Positions 1 through 9,773 of a DNA stretch of 64,000 bases are shown piece by piece. The first letter of the stretch is position 1. Each line of letters begins with the position of its first letter. The notes beneath the pieces were generated by a model. It made no database searches and was not told where the DNA came from. It saw nothing but the letters and a program-made list of their open reading frames with translations. The DNA comes from an uncultured Gammaproteobacteria bacterium (GTDB lineage: Bacteria > Patescibacteriota > Microgenomatia > CAZETR01 > Amesbacteraceae). The stretch lies in the NCBI GenBank assembly GCA_964518565.1, contig CAZFGX010000001.1:11046-75045 (forward strand), written 5' to 3'. Made by a program: the position numbers and the translations under genes.

Positions 1-2
1 GT

Positions 3-926
3 TTAGTCATTATTGCTGACGATGTAGAAACAGAGGCCTTAGCCACCTTAGTTTTAAACAAACTTCGAGGCGGATTCAATGTTTTGGCAGTCAAAGCGCC
101 GGGTTTTGGAGATCGCCGCAAGGCAATGCTTTCCGACATCGCCACACTCACTGGTGGTACAGTAATTTCTGAAGACACCGGCAGAACCTTTGAGGGGGTC
201 AAAATTGAAGACTTAGGTCGAGCAGACAAGGTCTGGGCAGACAAAGACAACTGTCGAGTTATTGGTGGAAAAGGCGATTCAACGGCTATTCAAGCCCGGG
301 TCACCCAAATCAGAGAAGAAATCAAAAAAACCACTTCCGATTTTGATCGTGAAAAGCTTGAAGAACGTCTAGCAAAACTAGCTGGCGGAGTCGCAGTCAT
401 CAATGTCGGCGCAGCTACTGAAGTCGAACTTAATGACCGCAAAGAACGTGTCAAAGATGCTGTAGGCGCCACCAAAGCAGCAGTAGAAGAAGGGATTGTT
501 CCAGGTGGTGAGGTTACATTGATTCGGGCATCCAAAGTTTTAGACTCACTCAATCTAGAAGGCGAAGAAAAAATCGGCGCTACCACGCTTAAGGAAGCTG
601 TTCAACAACCGTTTCGCTGGTTGCTTCGAAATGCAGGTATGGATGACGGGTACTATCTAAAAACTATTATGGATGCCAAAGACGTCGACTTTGGCGTAAA
701 TGTTGCCACAGGTGAAACAGGTTCAATGATCAAGTTTGGTGTAGTAGATCCAGCTAAGGTCACTCGCTCTGCATTACAAAATGCCGCCTCTGTTGCAACG
801 ATGATTTTGACGACGGAATGTCTAGTCACAGAGATTCCTGAAAAGAAAGAAGCTGCCCCAGCTGCAGCTGGCATGGGTGGAATGGCTGGAATGGGTGGCG
901 GCATGGGCATGGGCGACGACTATTAA
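3..926 (+). CDS. groL: Chaperonin GroEL, C-terminal part (5' truncated by window edge)
   Basis: In-frame translation from window start matches GroEL apical/equatorial C-terminal region (…[24 protein letters not shown]…) and ends with the typical GGM-repeat tail [17 protein letters not shown]. Confidence 0.93.
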   Translation, partial: LVIIADDVETEALATLVLNKLRGGFNVLAVKAPGFGDRRKAMLSDIATLTGGTVISEDTGRTFEGVKIEDLGRADKVWADKDNCRVIGGKGDSTAIQARVTQIREEIKKTTSDFDREKLEERLAKLAGGVAVINVGAATEVELNDRKERVKDAVGATKAAVEEGIVPGGEVTLIRASKVLDSLNLEGEEKIGATTLKEAVQQPFRWLLRNAGMDDGYYLKTIMDAKDVDFGVNVATGETGSMIKFGVVDPAKVTRSALQNAASVATMILTTECLVTEIPEKKEAAPAAAGMGGMAGMGGGMGMGDDY

Positions 927-937
927 AGTCCATAAAA

Positions 938-1828
938 ATGACAATTGTAACCGGGGCAAAACAATTTACCGATATTGACTGTCTTGCTTGTGCAATAGCC
1001 TACGCCAAACTAATTAATGCTGTCGCAGTTTTACCAGGTCCTTTAAATAGTACAGTTTCAAACACCATAAAAAACTGGCGATTAGATTTTCAATCCGATG
1101 TTCCAGCTGATATTTCAGAAATAGTGATTGTCGATGTCTCAGAACAAAAAGTTTTAGAAAATGATTGGGAAGTTTCAAAAATAACCAAATTATTCGACCA
1201 CCATTTTGGTCACGAAAAATATTGGCAAGAAAAACTTGGACAGAGTAGTCACATTGAACCAGTAGGCGCCTGCGCCACCCAAATCTGGGAACAATGGGCA
1301 AAATCAGATAAACAAATCGACCCGATTTCTGCAAATTTACTCACCGTAGCAATTGTCAGTAATACATTAAATTTCAATGCCGGAGTGACCACCGACCGAG
1401 ATAAAATAGCCTACAGCCAGCTAACAAAATTCACAAGTCTACCCCTAGGTTGGCAAGAACAATATTATTCCGAAGTGGAATCTTCTATATTTGAAAACCC
1501 AGCTAAATCAATCTCCGAAGATACAAAAATAGTTGCACTAACAAATTTAAATCTAGAAATAAACATCGGCCAACTCGAATTATGGAACGGAAAAGAATTT
1601 ATCGAACAAAACCAGCAAGTAATTTTTGATACTTTAAGGCCAGGAGGGGAATATTGGCTAATGACTATCCCTAGCATTAGTGAAGGAAAAAACTATCTCT
1701 TTACTCAAAATTCAGAAATAAAATCCCTCTTAACAAAACATATCAATGCCCAATTCGAAAAAGATCTAGGGACTACAAGCCGACTATACCTTCGCAAGGA
1801 AATTCTTCGGGAATTACTTCAAGCCTAA
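938..1828 (+). CDS. DHH-family phosphoesterase-like protein (NrnA-like, motifs partly degenerate)
   Basis: Motif I-like TDIDCLACAIAYA, motif II-like IVIVDVS, motif III FDHHFGHE; canonical GGGH of DHHA1 not seen. Confidence 0.4.
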   Translation: MTIVTGAKQFTDIDCLACAIAYAKLINAVAVLPGPLNSTVSNTIKNWRLDFQSDVPADISEIVIVDVSEQKVLENDWEVSKITKLFDHHFGHEKYWQEKLGQSSHIEPVGACATQIWEQWAKSDKQIDPISANLLTVAIVSNTLNFNAGVTTDRDKIAYSQLTKFTSLPLGWQEQYYSEVESSIFENPAKSISEDTKIVALTNLNLEINIGQLELWNGKEFIEQNQQVIFDTLRPGGEYWLMTIPSISEGKNYLFTQNSEIKSLLTKHINAQFEKDLGTTSRLYLRKEILRELLQA

Positions 1829-2524
1829 AACTGTCGCTGGATCCACCGCTGCGCCGTGATCGTGTAGCTCAAAATGTAAATGCGGACCAGTTGATCGGCC
1901 AGTGTTTCCAGATAATCCTAACAAAGAGTCAGTGGTGACGGTTTCCCCTTCCTTAACGACGGCTTTAGATAAATGTGCATACAGTGTTGCATAACCATTC
2001 TCGTGTGTGACAATAATATAATTTCCATAGCCTCGGGTGTCATTTTTTACCAACGACACTACGCCTCGCATTAATGGAGTCACATGAGTGCCGATTGGCG
2101 TTCGCAAATCAATACCAGAATGCAGCAGCCAAAACTTCTGACTTACGTCCAAATTGGGGAGGGGAGCTCGAATAGCCAGGGTAGTTTTTAGATGCACCTC
2201 ACCCTCACCTATGACTGTGGTTGAATTTACTACCTCAGGACCACCGGTGTCAGTAGCATAAGAAGAGAGGGGAGTAGTGGAGGCTCCCCACACCATGCCT
2301 CCCACTAGCAATATCCCTAAAAACGGTCGAACAAAATTGTGGGTAACCACCGGCCGAAGCAAATAACTCAAAACATTACTTTTTCCACATCGTGAAAAAA
2401 ACCGTATCGCATGCCAACCTACACTCTTAAAAAAGAGGGGAGTCTTCTGTGTTGAAACCGCGCGTACTGCAAGTTTCAAGACAGCATGTCTCCAACTTTT
2501 TTCCATAAAAAAATTCCTTGCCAT
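1814..2524 (-). CDS. M23 family (LytM-type) peptidoglycan endopeptidase, secreted/membrane anchored
   Basis: GYGNYIIVTHENGYATLYAHLS…GNTGRSTGPHLHFELH is the M23 HxxxD/HxH zinc-site signature; N-terminal hydrophobic segment; start codon uncertain. Confidence 0.8.
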   Translation of the reverse strand: MARNFFMEKSWRHAVLKLAVRAVSTQKTPLFFKSVGWHAIRFFSRCGKSNVLSYLLRPVVTHNFVRPFLGILLVGGMVWGASTTPLSSYATDTGGPEVVNSTTVIGEGEVHLKTTLAIRAPLPNLDVSQKFWLLHSGIDLRTPIGTHVTPLMRGVVSLVKNDTRGYGNYIIVTHENGYATLYAHLSKAVVKEGETVTTDSLLGLSGNTGRSTGPHLHFELHDHGAAVDPATVLGLK

Positions 2525-2680
2525 AGCAAAGAATTCCAGGACTAAATATAGCCCAAATCAGTCAAAAAGTCAAACCTTTCCGAATAAAACCCAAATGGGT
2601 ATACTTCGGGTATTATTCGGTATAAAAAAGAGGATAGTGGGGCAGTCAAAAAACAAAAATCATCAAAATAATATCTAAGC

Positions 2681-2686
2681 TATAAT
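2681..2686 (+). promoter_or_regulatory. Possible -10 box (TATAAT) for tRNA-Cys; -35 poorly matched
   Basis: TATAAT 25 nt upstream of tRNA 5' end in AT-rich intergenic region. Confidence 0.25.
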
Positions 2687-2711
2687 TACTCAAAACAAAA
2701 TTCCACAAAAT

Positions 2712-2786
2712 GACCTGGTGGCGAAGTGGAAACGCCGCGGTCTGCAAAACCGCTATGCGCGGGTTCGATTCCCGCCCAGGTCTCCA
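2712..2786 (+). tRNA. tRNA-Cys (anticodon GCA), CCA encoded
   Basis: Cloverleaf folded by hand: acceptor GACCTGG/CCAGGTC, 3-bp D stem, anticodon stem GCGGT/ACCGC with loop CTGCAAA (GCA at 34-36), T arm GCGGG-TTCGATT-CCCGC, discriminator T then CCA. Confidence 0.85.
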
Positions 2787-2836
2787 AAAATGTTGAATAT
2801 TGCCTAGCTGAGGCAGTATGATGTCCCAAAGAAGCT

Positions 2837-3796
2837 ATGTCAAAGAAAAAAATTGCCGCACTACTGCTAATAATTGTCGGGTTTTGTATTATTGCCGCTT
2901 TTGCTATTATCACCTACCTGAATAGCCAAAAACCCACCGCAGGCCTAAAGGTGGAAACCAACATCGATGCCTTAGTATTTGTCGACACAGAACAAGTAGG
3001 CCCGGCTCCAATCGACAAAATGTTCAAACCAAAAGAAGTTACCGTAAAAATAATTCCAAACAACACCAACGATAATCTCACCACATTTCAAACAAAAGTG
3101 AAGCTCGAACCAAAAGTTTATACAGTAATTAAGCAAGAGTTTGGCGCTACTGATGCAGATACAGCTGGGGAGACCATATCACTAGTGGCTCAATCAGGCA
3201 AAACCGCAAGTCTGTCAGTAGTAACCACTTCCCCAGAAACCGCCTCAGTCACCGTTGATGGTCAACCGCAAGGATTTACCCCTCTTATTGTCCCATCGTT
3301 ACCTGCAGGTACCCACCAAGTGGTTATCTCAGCCCCCGGATACAGCACTCGAACTATTCCTGCTCAAACAGTTTCAGGCTATAAATTAGTCCTGTCTGCC
3401 AAGTTGGCAGCTGTTTTACAGCCTAGTCCCACACCTACTCCAGACCCAGTAGAAGCTACCCCATCGGCTACACCAAAAGTTACAGGCAAGCCCAGCTCAA
3501 CGCCAACTCCCACAATCAAATCTACCCTCTCACCTACTCCTACACCCAAATCAACCACCTCTGTGTCACCCACCCCTGCTATGACCAAACCATACGTCAC
3601 AATCCTCGACACACCCACAGGCTTCCTCCGTGTCCGAGAAAAGCCCTCCACAGGTTCAAAAGAGATCGGTCAAGTAAAGCCTGGTCAATCCTTCGCACTA
3701 CTTGATAGTCAGACCGGGTGGTATCAAATCAAAGTCGATCTTACGGCCACTGCTTCAGGCTGGATCTCTTCCCAATACGCCAAAAAGGTCGAATAA
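2837..3796 (+). CDS. Membrane-anchored PEGA-domain protein with Pro/Thr-rich linker and C-terminal SH3b-like domain
   Basis: N-terminal TM helix; PEGA-like TASVTVDGQPQGFTPLIVPSLPAGTHQVVISAPGYSTRT; PT/PS-rich linker; C-terminal GQSFALLDSQTGWYQIKV…GWISSQY resembles bacterial SH3. Confidence 0.6.
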   Translation: MSKKKIAALLLIIVGFCIIAAFAIITYLNSQKPTAGLKVETNIDALVFVDTEQVGPAPIDKMFKPKEVTVKIIPNNTNDNLTTFQTKVKLEPKVYTVIKQEFGATDADTAGETISLVAQSGKTASLSVVTTSPETASVTVDGQPQGFTPLIVPSLPAGTHQVVISAPGYSTRTIPAQTVSGYKLVLSAKLAAVLQPSPTPTPDPVEATPSATPKVTGKPSSTPTPTIKSTLSPTPTPKSTTSVSPTPAMTKPYVTILDTPTGFLRVREKPSTGSKEIGQVKPGQSFALLDSQTGWYQIKVDLTATASGWISSQYAKKVE

Positions 3797-3799
3797 GTT

Positions 3800-4744
3800 T
3801 TACTTAGGTAACCAATAAAGAACCAACACAACCAACCCTATCCACAAACTAACAGCTACGATTAATGGCTTATCAGACAATATTACCCGCTCTGGGCTTT
3901 CTGCGCGGGATCCGTCGTAAACAATTCGCAAATACCGCATAATCCCAAAAATCACAACTGGAATAGTCGCCATCAGCCATTTGTTTATCGTCAAGGTTCG
4001 AGAAATAAGCGTCAATTGAACCGAAGTGGTCGTCAAATCAGCTTGCTCATAAAAATTAAATGTGTATAGTGCCCACGACAAAAAGGCTGCTGTAGCAAAC
4101 ATTGATAAATACGCATCCAAAATATTCGCCGTGTAGGTTCCCATGACTTTTCGATGTGCTGAAGCTTGCTCAGTTAAAATAGCCAGTTCTCCGCGTCGCT
4201 TGCCTACAGCTAAAAATAAAGATGTCGAGACTACGCACAAAAGAAACCAAATGGACAAATGTGCATTAATAACAATTGCACCGGCCACGACTCGTAAGAA
4301 AAAGCCGATGGCAATAATAAACACATCTACCACCTCAATATTTTTTAACCAATACGAATACATCACCATTAAAACTGCATATCCTAAGACGACCAATCCA
4401 AACAACATGGATAAGTGGTATGACCACCATAGTCCAACAGTTACAAAGCCAATCAATAATAACCAAGCACTGCGAAGTGACAAATAACCTGCAGCAATAG
4501 GCCGTTTTCTCTTAAATGGATGAGCTCTATCTGCATCAATATCGTGGATATCATTGAGGATATAAACAGCTATGGCCACACAGGTAAATGCTCCAATTGC
4601 TGAAGTGACTATCCAAAAATCACGCAACCACAATTGTGTGTTATACACATAGCCGGTAAAAAAAAGCGCCGCAAACAAGGTCAAGTTTTTTATCCACTGT
4701 CTTGGTCGCGCTGTTTTAAGAATGTAGAAAAGTGGTGTAGCCAT
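3800..4744 (-). CDS. UbiA-family polyprenyl-phosphate (phosphoribosyl)transferase-like integral membrane protein
   Basis: Starts …RPRQWIKN…, Asp-rich NDIHDIDADRAHPF motif, about 8 TM helices; size (314 aa) similar to decaprenyl-phosphate phosphoribosyltransferase class. Confidence 0.7.
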   Translation of the reverse strand: MATPLFYILKTARPRQWIKNLTLFAALFFTGYVYNTQLWLRDFWIVTSAIGAFTCVAIAVYILNDIHDIDADRAHPFKRKRPIAAGYLSLRSAWLLLIGFVTVGLWWSYHLSMLFGLVVLGYAVLMVMYSYWLKNIEVVDVFIIAIGFFLRVVAGAIVINAHLSIWFLLCVVSTSLFLAVGKRRGELAILTEQASAHRKVMGTYTANILDAYLSMFATAAFLSWALYTFNFYEQADLTTTSVQLTLISRTLTINKWLMATIPVVIFGIMRYLRIVYDGSRAESPERVILSDKPLIVAVSLWIGLVVLVLYWLPK

Positions 4745-5778
4745 ATTAAAAATGCCCCTAGAACCAATAGTACCACGGCCATTGTAAAATACTTCGAAGT
4801 GCTATTCAATTGGAGAGCTAAAATTCCCAGAATGGCCGAAACGCTCATATAAAATCCGGCAATTTTTTGTTTAGACCAGCCAAAGTCCAATAAATAATGA
4901 TGAAAATGCTCTCTACCTCCCCAAATCGGCAACCTGCGTTCTTTGATACGTTTTAAAATCACAAAGATAGCATCTACAAAAGGAATTCCCAAAACCATTA
5001 CCAGTGTTCCTATTTTTGCTCCTGACAAAATCGCCAATACTCCCAATAAGTATCCTGCCAGACTTTTTCCTCCATACCCGGGAATGAGCTTTTGTGGATA
5101 CCAATTCCATATCAAAAATCCCAAGTATGCACCTGCGACAATTCCTGACAAGCTCACGACTAAAAATTGATTTGTATCCGCAAGTCGAAGCGCTAATATT
5201 CCTAATATCGTTGCAGCCACAACCACAAAACCAGGCAGCTGGCCATCCACACCACTGCTCCATCCAACAATATTTTGTGTCCAAACTAACCAAGCCAGTG
5301 CAAATAAATCTGAAAATATCCACACACAATGACCAGTTCCCCATAGAGCAAAACAATATTGCCAAGTATCCAACCGAATCACTCCACCACCTGGGCTCGA
5401 AATGTAAGCAATGCCAATTCCAGCGCCAATTACGCACAGTGCCGCTAAAACATTTACAAACAATCTGGTATAAGGCGAAATGGTTTCTTCATATCGATCA
5501 TCAAAATAACCGGTAATAGCTAGCATCAATGATCCTAAAAAGATCCCCAGGGTCCATATACTCTTTGGTAACAAAAACACAGTTCCAATAAAAATTGCTC
5601 CAAATATAGGCAATCCTCCTCCACGAGGTACTGTGGCGGTATGAACCACTTTTGGATGCGAATGTTTTTTAGGATCATCTAAAATTCTTAAGCGTTCACC
5701 GTGAGCTACTACCCATTGGCAAATCAAGCTAGAGACCAAAACTGATACCCCACAAGCCAGTAAAAAGGACACAATCAT
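4690..5778 (-). CDS. MraY/WecA-family polyprenyl-phosphate sugar-1-phosphate transferase
   Basis: Multi-TM; VHTATVPRGGGLPIF and GYFDDRYE motifs typical of MraY/WecA (GT family 4 phosphotransferases); 3' end overlaps the UbiA gene by 55 nt. Confidence 0.7.
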   Translation of the reverse strand: MIVSFLLACGVSVLVSSLICQWVVAHGERLRILDDPKKHSHPKVVHTATVPRGGGLPIFGAIFIGTVFLLPKSIWTLGIFLGSLMLAITGYFDDRYEETISPYTRLFVNVLAALCVIGAGIGIAYISSPGGGVIRLDTWQYCFALWGTGHCVWIFSDLFALAWLVWTQNIVGWSSGVDGQLPGFVVVAATILGILALRLADTNQFLVVSLSGIVAGAYLGFLIWNWYPQKLIPGYGGKSLAGYLLGVLAILSGAKIGTLVMVLGIPFVDAIFVILKRIKERRLPIWGGREHFHHYLLDFGWSKQKIAGFYMSVSAILGILALQLNSTSKYFTMAVVLLVLGAFLIWLHHFSTFLKQRDQDSG

Positions 5779-5780
5779 AA

Positions 5781-6116
5781 TTACACAATAAACATCAAAA
5801 TTCTGATTAAGCTCAACAACAACACTAGCTGAACCACCATACTCGTCAAAAGCATAAAAGAGACCAATACCACATCTCGAATATGTCGAGATGTACCAAA
5901 ACCAAAGCCTACTCCAGACAGTATTGCCAAACCAGGCAACAGTAAAAGCATTAATGGAGATGTTAACTGGCCTTCACCCCATGGCAAACTATAAAACAAA
6001 GGGACTTGAGGTGGTAATGAGTTTCGAAAAACAAGCCACATACCCAATCCTGCAATCAATACAAAAAATGTAACAAACCAATGAAAAATTCTGATTTGAC
6101 GAACAAATTGCTCCAT
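5781..6116 (-). CDS. Small integral membrane protein (3 predicted TM), unknown function
   Basis: ORF tightly packed between WecA-like and GT-C genes on same strand; hydrophobic composition. Confidence 0.45.
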   Translation of the reverse strand: MEQFVRQIRIFHWFVTFFVLIAGLGMWLVFRNSLPPQVPLFYSLPWGEGQLTSPLMLLLLPGLAILSGVGFGFGTSRHIRDVVLVSFMLLTSMVVQLVLLLSLIRILMFIV

Positions 6117-6118
6117 GG

Positions 6119-7558
6119 CTAGTATGGATTATACCGATAAACATGTGCTGGACCAAAAGTTCGCACTTCACGGTAATCTGCTAGTAAAAGTTCATCCAAC
6201 CCGGCCAACTCTCCAGCAGTGTCATACCTTACGATATAAACAGGGTGATTTTTTAGCAAAAGTGCCAGTGTCTGTTTTTCTGCTCGAAAATCTTTTATAT
6301 GATATGCCGCAGTATACTTCCCGAGTGGTTGGCGATTTGCTAATGCATAAATCATTGGCTGGTCACCCCAAATAAAAATACTCTCATAGGGTTTTGTATT
6401 ATTAGCTAAATATATACCAACATCATAGTTATTTAAGACTTGACTATCAAACGTTGCAAAATAGTTAGACCGAGATGTGCTTCCTGTGACATACTGAAAA
6501 AAATTCTTGTAATAAATTGTTGTGGCATAAGTAGGAAATTTTTTACTACCACCATCGGTAAAAATAAACCAAACAACAAACAATAAAATTAATCCGATCA
6601 AAAAACTAACCAATTTTTCAAAACGATTACTTAACCACCATATAGCAAATCCTATACATAAAATTCCAGCAAGTTGTAACAAATAATGAGGATAGGGTCT
6701 GCCTGAAAGTAAAGCCGCAAACACTCCAAAAATGAACCAACTTAAGAAAAAGACAACAAGTGGCTGTAAATAACGTCGCAACAGGATGACTAACCCAATA
6801 AGTATTGCCACTACAAGTGCTCGAAAACTCAAAAGATACAATCCCGATTTCGTATCTTCGCCCCAAGATGAAACATATTGCAAATTTTGCCCACCAGCTG
6901 CTTGTAGATAATCACGCACAACTCCATAAAAACCAAAATAACCTACACTTATCAATATTGGAGCAGCAAACCCTAATCCCAGCAAAAAACACCGACGAAA
7001 CCAATCCTTTGGAGTAGATATACACATCCAATAGATCGGCCATGCCAACAATTCAAATGCCGCCGGGACCTTAAACAATGCTGCCACTCCAAAAAGACAT
7101 CCTGCCCAAAAATAATTTTTGTTATACAGCAGCAATAAAACAGCCAATAAATTTGGCATAAGAAAAAACAACTCTCCATTTCCGACCGTTCCTTCGAATG
7201 TAGGTAAGCAGGTAAATAAGATGAACAATCCGCTTAGTAGCCAGACCAACAATGTACGATTTCCTAATAGACGTTTTAAAATCAAAAAAATCCAGACAAC
7301 TGATAAAGTATTCCAGACAAGCAGTAACGCTCTGTATCCGAGTTGATTTCCTAGAGTCAACATTGCCACAACATATATCAGAGGCGGTTTATTGTCATGA
7401 ATATCTCTATATAAAATTTGTCCCCTGGCCAAACTTTGTCCAATAGTTAAATAAATGCCCTCATCTCCATACCACTGTGGTTCAAATAAGGATGGGATTC
7501 GAAAAATTATCGCCAAAAAACACAACACTAAAACCTGTTTTTGTATCGATAATTTCAT
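6119..7558 (-). CDS. GT-C fold membrane glycosyltransferase (ArnT/PMT, GT39/GT83-like)
   Basis: 479 aa, >10 TM, N-terminal region with conserved acidic loop after first TM (QWYGDEGIY), ArnT-like hydrophobic core; 4-nt overlaps with neighbours. Confidence 0.65.
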   Translation of the reverse strand: MKLSIQKQVLVLCFLAIIFRIPSLFEPQWYGDEGIYLTIGQSLARGQILYRDIHDNKPPLIYVVAMLTLGNQLGYRALLLVWNTLSVVWIFLILKRLLGNRTLLVWLLSGLFILFTCLPTFEGTVGNGELFFLMPNLLAVLLLLYNKNYFWAGCLFGVAALFKVPAAFELLAWPIYWMCISTPKDWFRRCFLLGLGFAAPILISVGYFGFYGVVRDYLQAAGGQNLQYVSSWGEDTKSGLYLLSFRALVVAILIGLVILLRRYLQPLVVFFLSWFIFGVFAALLSGRPYPHYLLQLAGILCIGFAIWWLSNRFEKLVSFLIGLILLFVVWFIFTDGGSKKFPTYATTIYYKNFFQYVTGSTSRSNYFATFDSQVLNNYDVGIYLANNTKPYESIFIWGDQPMIYALANRQPLGKYTAAYHIKDFRAEKQTLALLLKNHPVYIVRYDTAGELAGLDELLLADYREVRTFGPAHVYRYNPY

Positions 7559-9024
7559 TTAACTTTTTCAGTAATCCGATACTCTAAATATTTTCCCAAC
7601 ATTAACCGAGTATGTGCATCTAATCCTGGCAAAGCAGAAAAGAAAAAACCAACTATTGGCATGAAAATAAATTCAAGTGGCGCGATCCACAACCTCCATC
7701 GTGGCACATCAGCTGGTCGATTTGGCCGCTGTCGAGCATCTATCAGCAAAAGGACAAGTAGAAATAATAAAGTTACAGATAAAATCCCAGAAGACATTTT
7801 GGGCAACATAAATCCTAAAGCAGTGCGTTTAAAAACTGGATTCACAATTGTCACAATTGACACCCCCGCAGTCACAATAAACCAATTAACCGGCCATAAA
7901 AAATGATCCTCTACTACCTTCAAAAGTCGTAAAGTTTTATTCAAACGTGAGCCCTTTTTATTATGAAAATACATTTCGACAAACGTCGGAATATCAGATA
8001 CTCCCCATGCCCAGCGTTTTTTCTGTTGATATTCATTTACAAAAGTTTTCCAGGTACTCGTGGATTCTGCCGCATCAGCACTAGATGGCAAAAATATTGG
8101 CTCTACCTCTACTCGACCATCTAGTTTAAAAAAAGCTTTGAAAAAAACTCGATAATCCTCTGGGATAATATCAGTGTCCCAATAGCCAATTTTATCAATC
8201 ATTTTAAAAGAAGCAGAATAATTAGAAAAATTCACCAAACGATCCTTGCGCATTAATAAGCCAATCTGCCATACGTTAGATAGCGTATTCACTACACGTG
8301 TCGGTGCAGGAATTTTCCATATATTGTTATAAAACACAACCGCTGGTTGCCAAAAACGTTCATATCGGTGTGGATCGTCCAAAAATTTAAAAGCCAGACA
8401 AGCAAAATAATTCTTATGTGCTCTTGCATCAGCATCTGTGGAGGTGACTGTCATATAGTCCATGTCCCAGCCTCTTTGATCCACGAGAATGCGTTTTGCA
8501 TATTTAGCTGCCCAAGCTTCATTTGACGATTTACCTTTTACCTCACCTGCAATATCCGCTGGATGAATACTCACTAGATATGCACCAAATTGGGACCCCA
8601 ATTTTTTGCGCAACCTTTCGCTTTCCTCGGCACCCTTAGGGTATCGTTCTTCTGTCGCCATGACGACCGCCAATTGTTTTAAAGGAAATGACTGCTGTGT
8701 CAGCGCCTCTAGAGTTCGCTCAAACGTTTCTACCGGCTCATTTGCCACCATGATCAAAACCACATGTCGTACTTTGTGCCAGTCACCAAAACCACGGACT
8801 TCTTCCATCCAGTCCAGTTTTTCAGCCGCTTTAATTTTAAAATGCGACAAAACTGTAGCTAAAGTCATGGTTGCTCCTTTGTAAACCCAAAATACGTCAA
8901 AGGCTAAGATAAAATATGCAACAACTTCAGGAATTAGTCGTCCACCCCATAATAAAAATAAGATTACGTTCCAACTAAAAAACCCTGGTAATATTTCCAG
9001 CATCCGTTTTTGACGTTTGGTCAT
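7555..9024 (-). CDS. Processive family-2 glycosyltransferase (cellulose/chitin synthase-like) with C-terminal TM helices
   Basis: TSTDADA (DxD), QQKKRWAWG = Q(Q/R)xRW processivity motif, N- and C-terminal TM segments. Confidence 0.75.
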   Translation of the reverse strand: MTKRQKRMLEILPGFFSWNVILFLLWGGRLIPEVVAYFILAFDVFWVYKGATMTLATVLSHFKIKAAEKLDWMEEVRGFGDWHKVRHVVLIMVANEPVETFERTLEALTQQSFPLKQLAVVMATEERYPKGAEESERLRKKLGSQFGAYLVSIHPADIAGEVKGKSSNEAWAAKYAKRILVDQRGWDMDYMTVTSTDADARAHKNYFACLAFKFLDDPHRYERFWQPAVVFYNNIWKIPAPTRVVNTLSNVWQIGLLMRKDRLVNFSNYSASFKMIDKIGYWDTDIIPEDYRVFFKAFFKLDGRVEVEPIFLPSSADAAESTSTWKTFVNEYQQKKRWAWGVSDIPTFVEMYFHNKKGSRLNKTLRLLKVVEDHFLWPVNWFIVTAGVSIVTIVNPVFKRTALGFMLPKMSSGILSVTLLFLLVLLLIDARQRPNRPADVPRWRLWIAPLEFIFMPIVGFFFSALPGLDAHTRLMLGKYLEYRITEKVK

Positions 9025-9773
9025 ATCTGAAACAATCTTACCGCATTTTGGCTTGTATAACTGGCCACAGACTCAAATGTTTCTGACCGCACATTGGCGA
9101 CTTGTTCAGCTATTATCTTCAAATTAGCTGGTTCATTTCGTTCGCTACGCAAGGGTTCAGGGGATAAATAAGGTGAATCAGTCTCAATCAAAATTCTTTC
9201 TTGAGGCGTCTGCTTCAGGACTTCTCTCAACTCTTCACTTTTTTTAAAAGTTACAATCCCTCCAAAACTAATGTACCAACCTAAGTCTACAAAACGTCTC
9301 ATCCATTGTTCGTGTCCTGTAAAACAATGTAGTTGCCCCAAAACCCCAGTATCTTTGACTAGCTCAAAAACAGTTTCAAAAGCATTGCGACAATGGACAA
9401 TCAGGGGTAATTTCATTTCTTTCGCCAAGGCAATATGCTCTGTAAATAATTCAACCTGCTTTTTTTTCAGTTCATCGGTTGTTTCAGGTAAAAAGTCCAA
9501 TCCGCACTCTCCAATTGCCACCACCTTTTTACTTTTTAATAAATCTCTTAAATTGTTTAATCTATATCTTTCATCAGGTTCATATCCCATCCCGACTGTT
9601 GCATATACACTCTCATATTTTTCAGCCAATAAAACGGTTTGTTTAGAATGCTCAAATCCCGCTCCAGCTGAAATAAGCTTTTCTACACCCACATTTACAG
9701 CATTTTGAACGATCTGATCTGTTTCTTTCGGATAATATTTCTCATCTACTAAATGGCAATGTGAATCCGTCAT
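9021..9773 (-). CDS. tatD: TatD-family metal-dependent hydrolase/DNase
   Basis: MTDSHCHL…, GECGLDF, ETDSPYL motifs. Confidence 0.85.
   Translation of the reverse strand: MTDSHCHLVDEKYYPKETDQIVQNAVNVGVEKLISAGAGFEHSKQTVLLAEKYESVYATVGMGYEPDERYRLNNLRDLLKSKKVVAIGECGLDFLPETTDELKKKQVELFTEHIALAKEMKLPLIVHCRNAFETVFELVKDTGVLGQLHCFTGHEQWMRRFVDLGWYISFGGIVTFKKSEELREVLKQTPQERILIETDSPYLSPEPLRSERNEPANLKIIAEQVANVRSETFESVASYTSQNAVRLFQI

Noticed and set aside
290-910. Antisense ORFs (98 and 85 aa) inside groEL
   Set aside because: Lie entirely within a confidently identified conserved gene on the opposite strand; typical GC-skew shadow ORFs.
2686-2913. 75-aa minus-strand ORF overlapping tRNA-Cys
   Set aside because: Overlaps a well-folded tRNA and the start of the PEGA protein gene; no coding signal.
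3379-3651. Apparent repeats / antisense ORF in the Pro-Thr-rich region of the PEGA protein gene (also 32040-32330 in the FN3 protein gene)
   Set aside because: Low-complexity PT/ST linker coding sequence, not a tandem DNA repeat array or CRISPR; repeat units are irregular.
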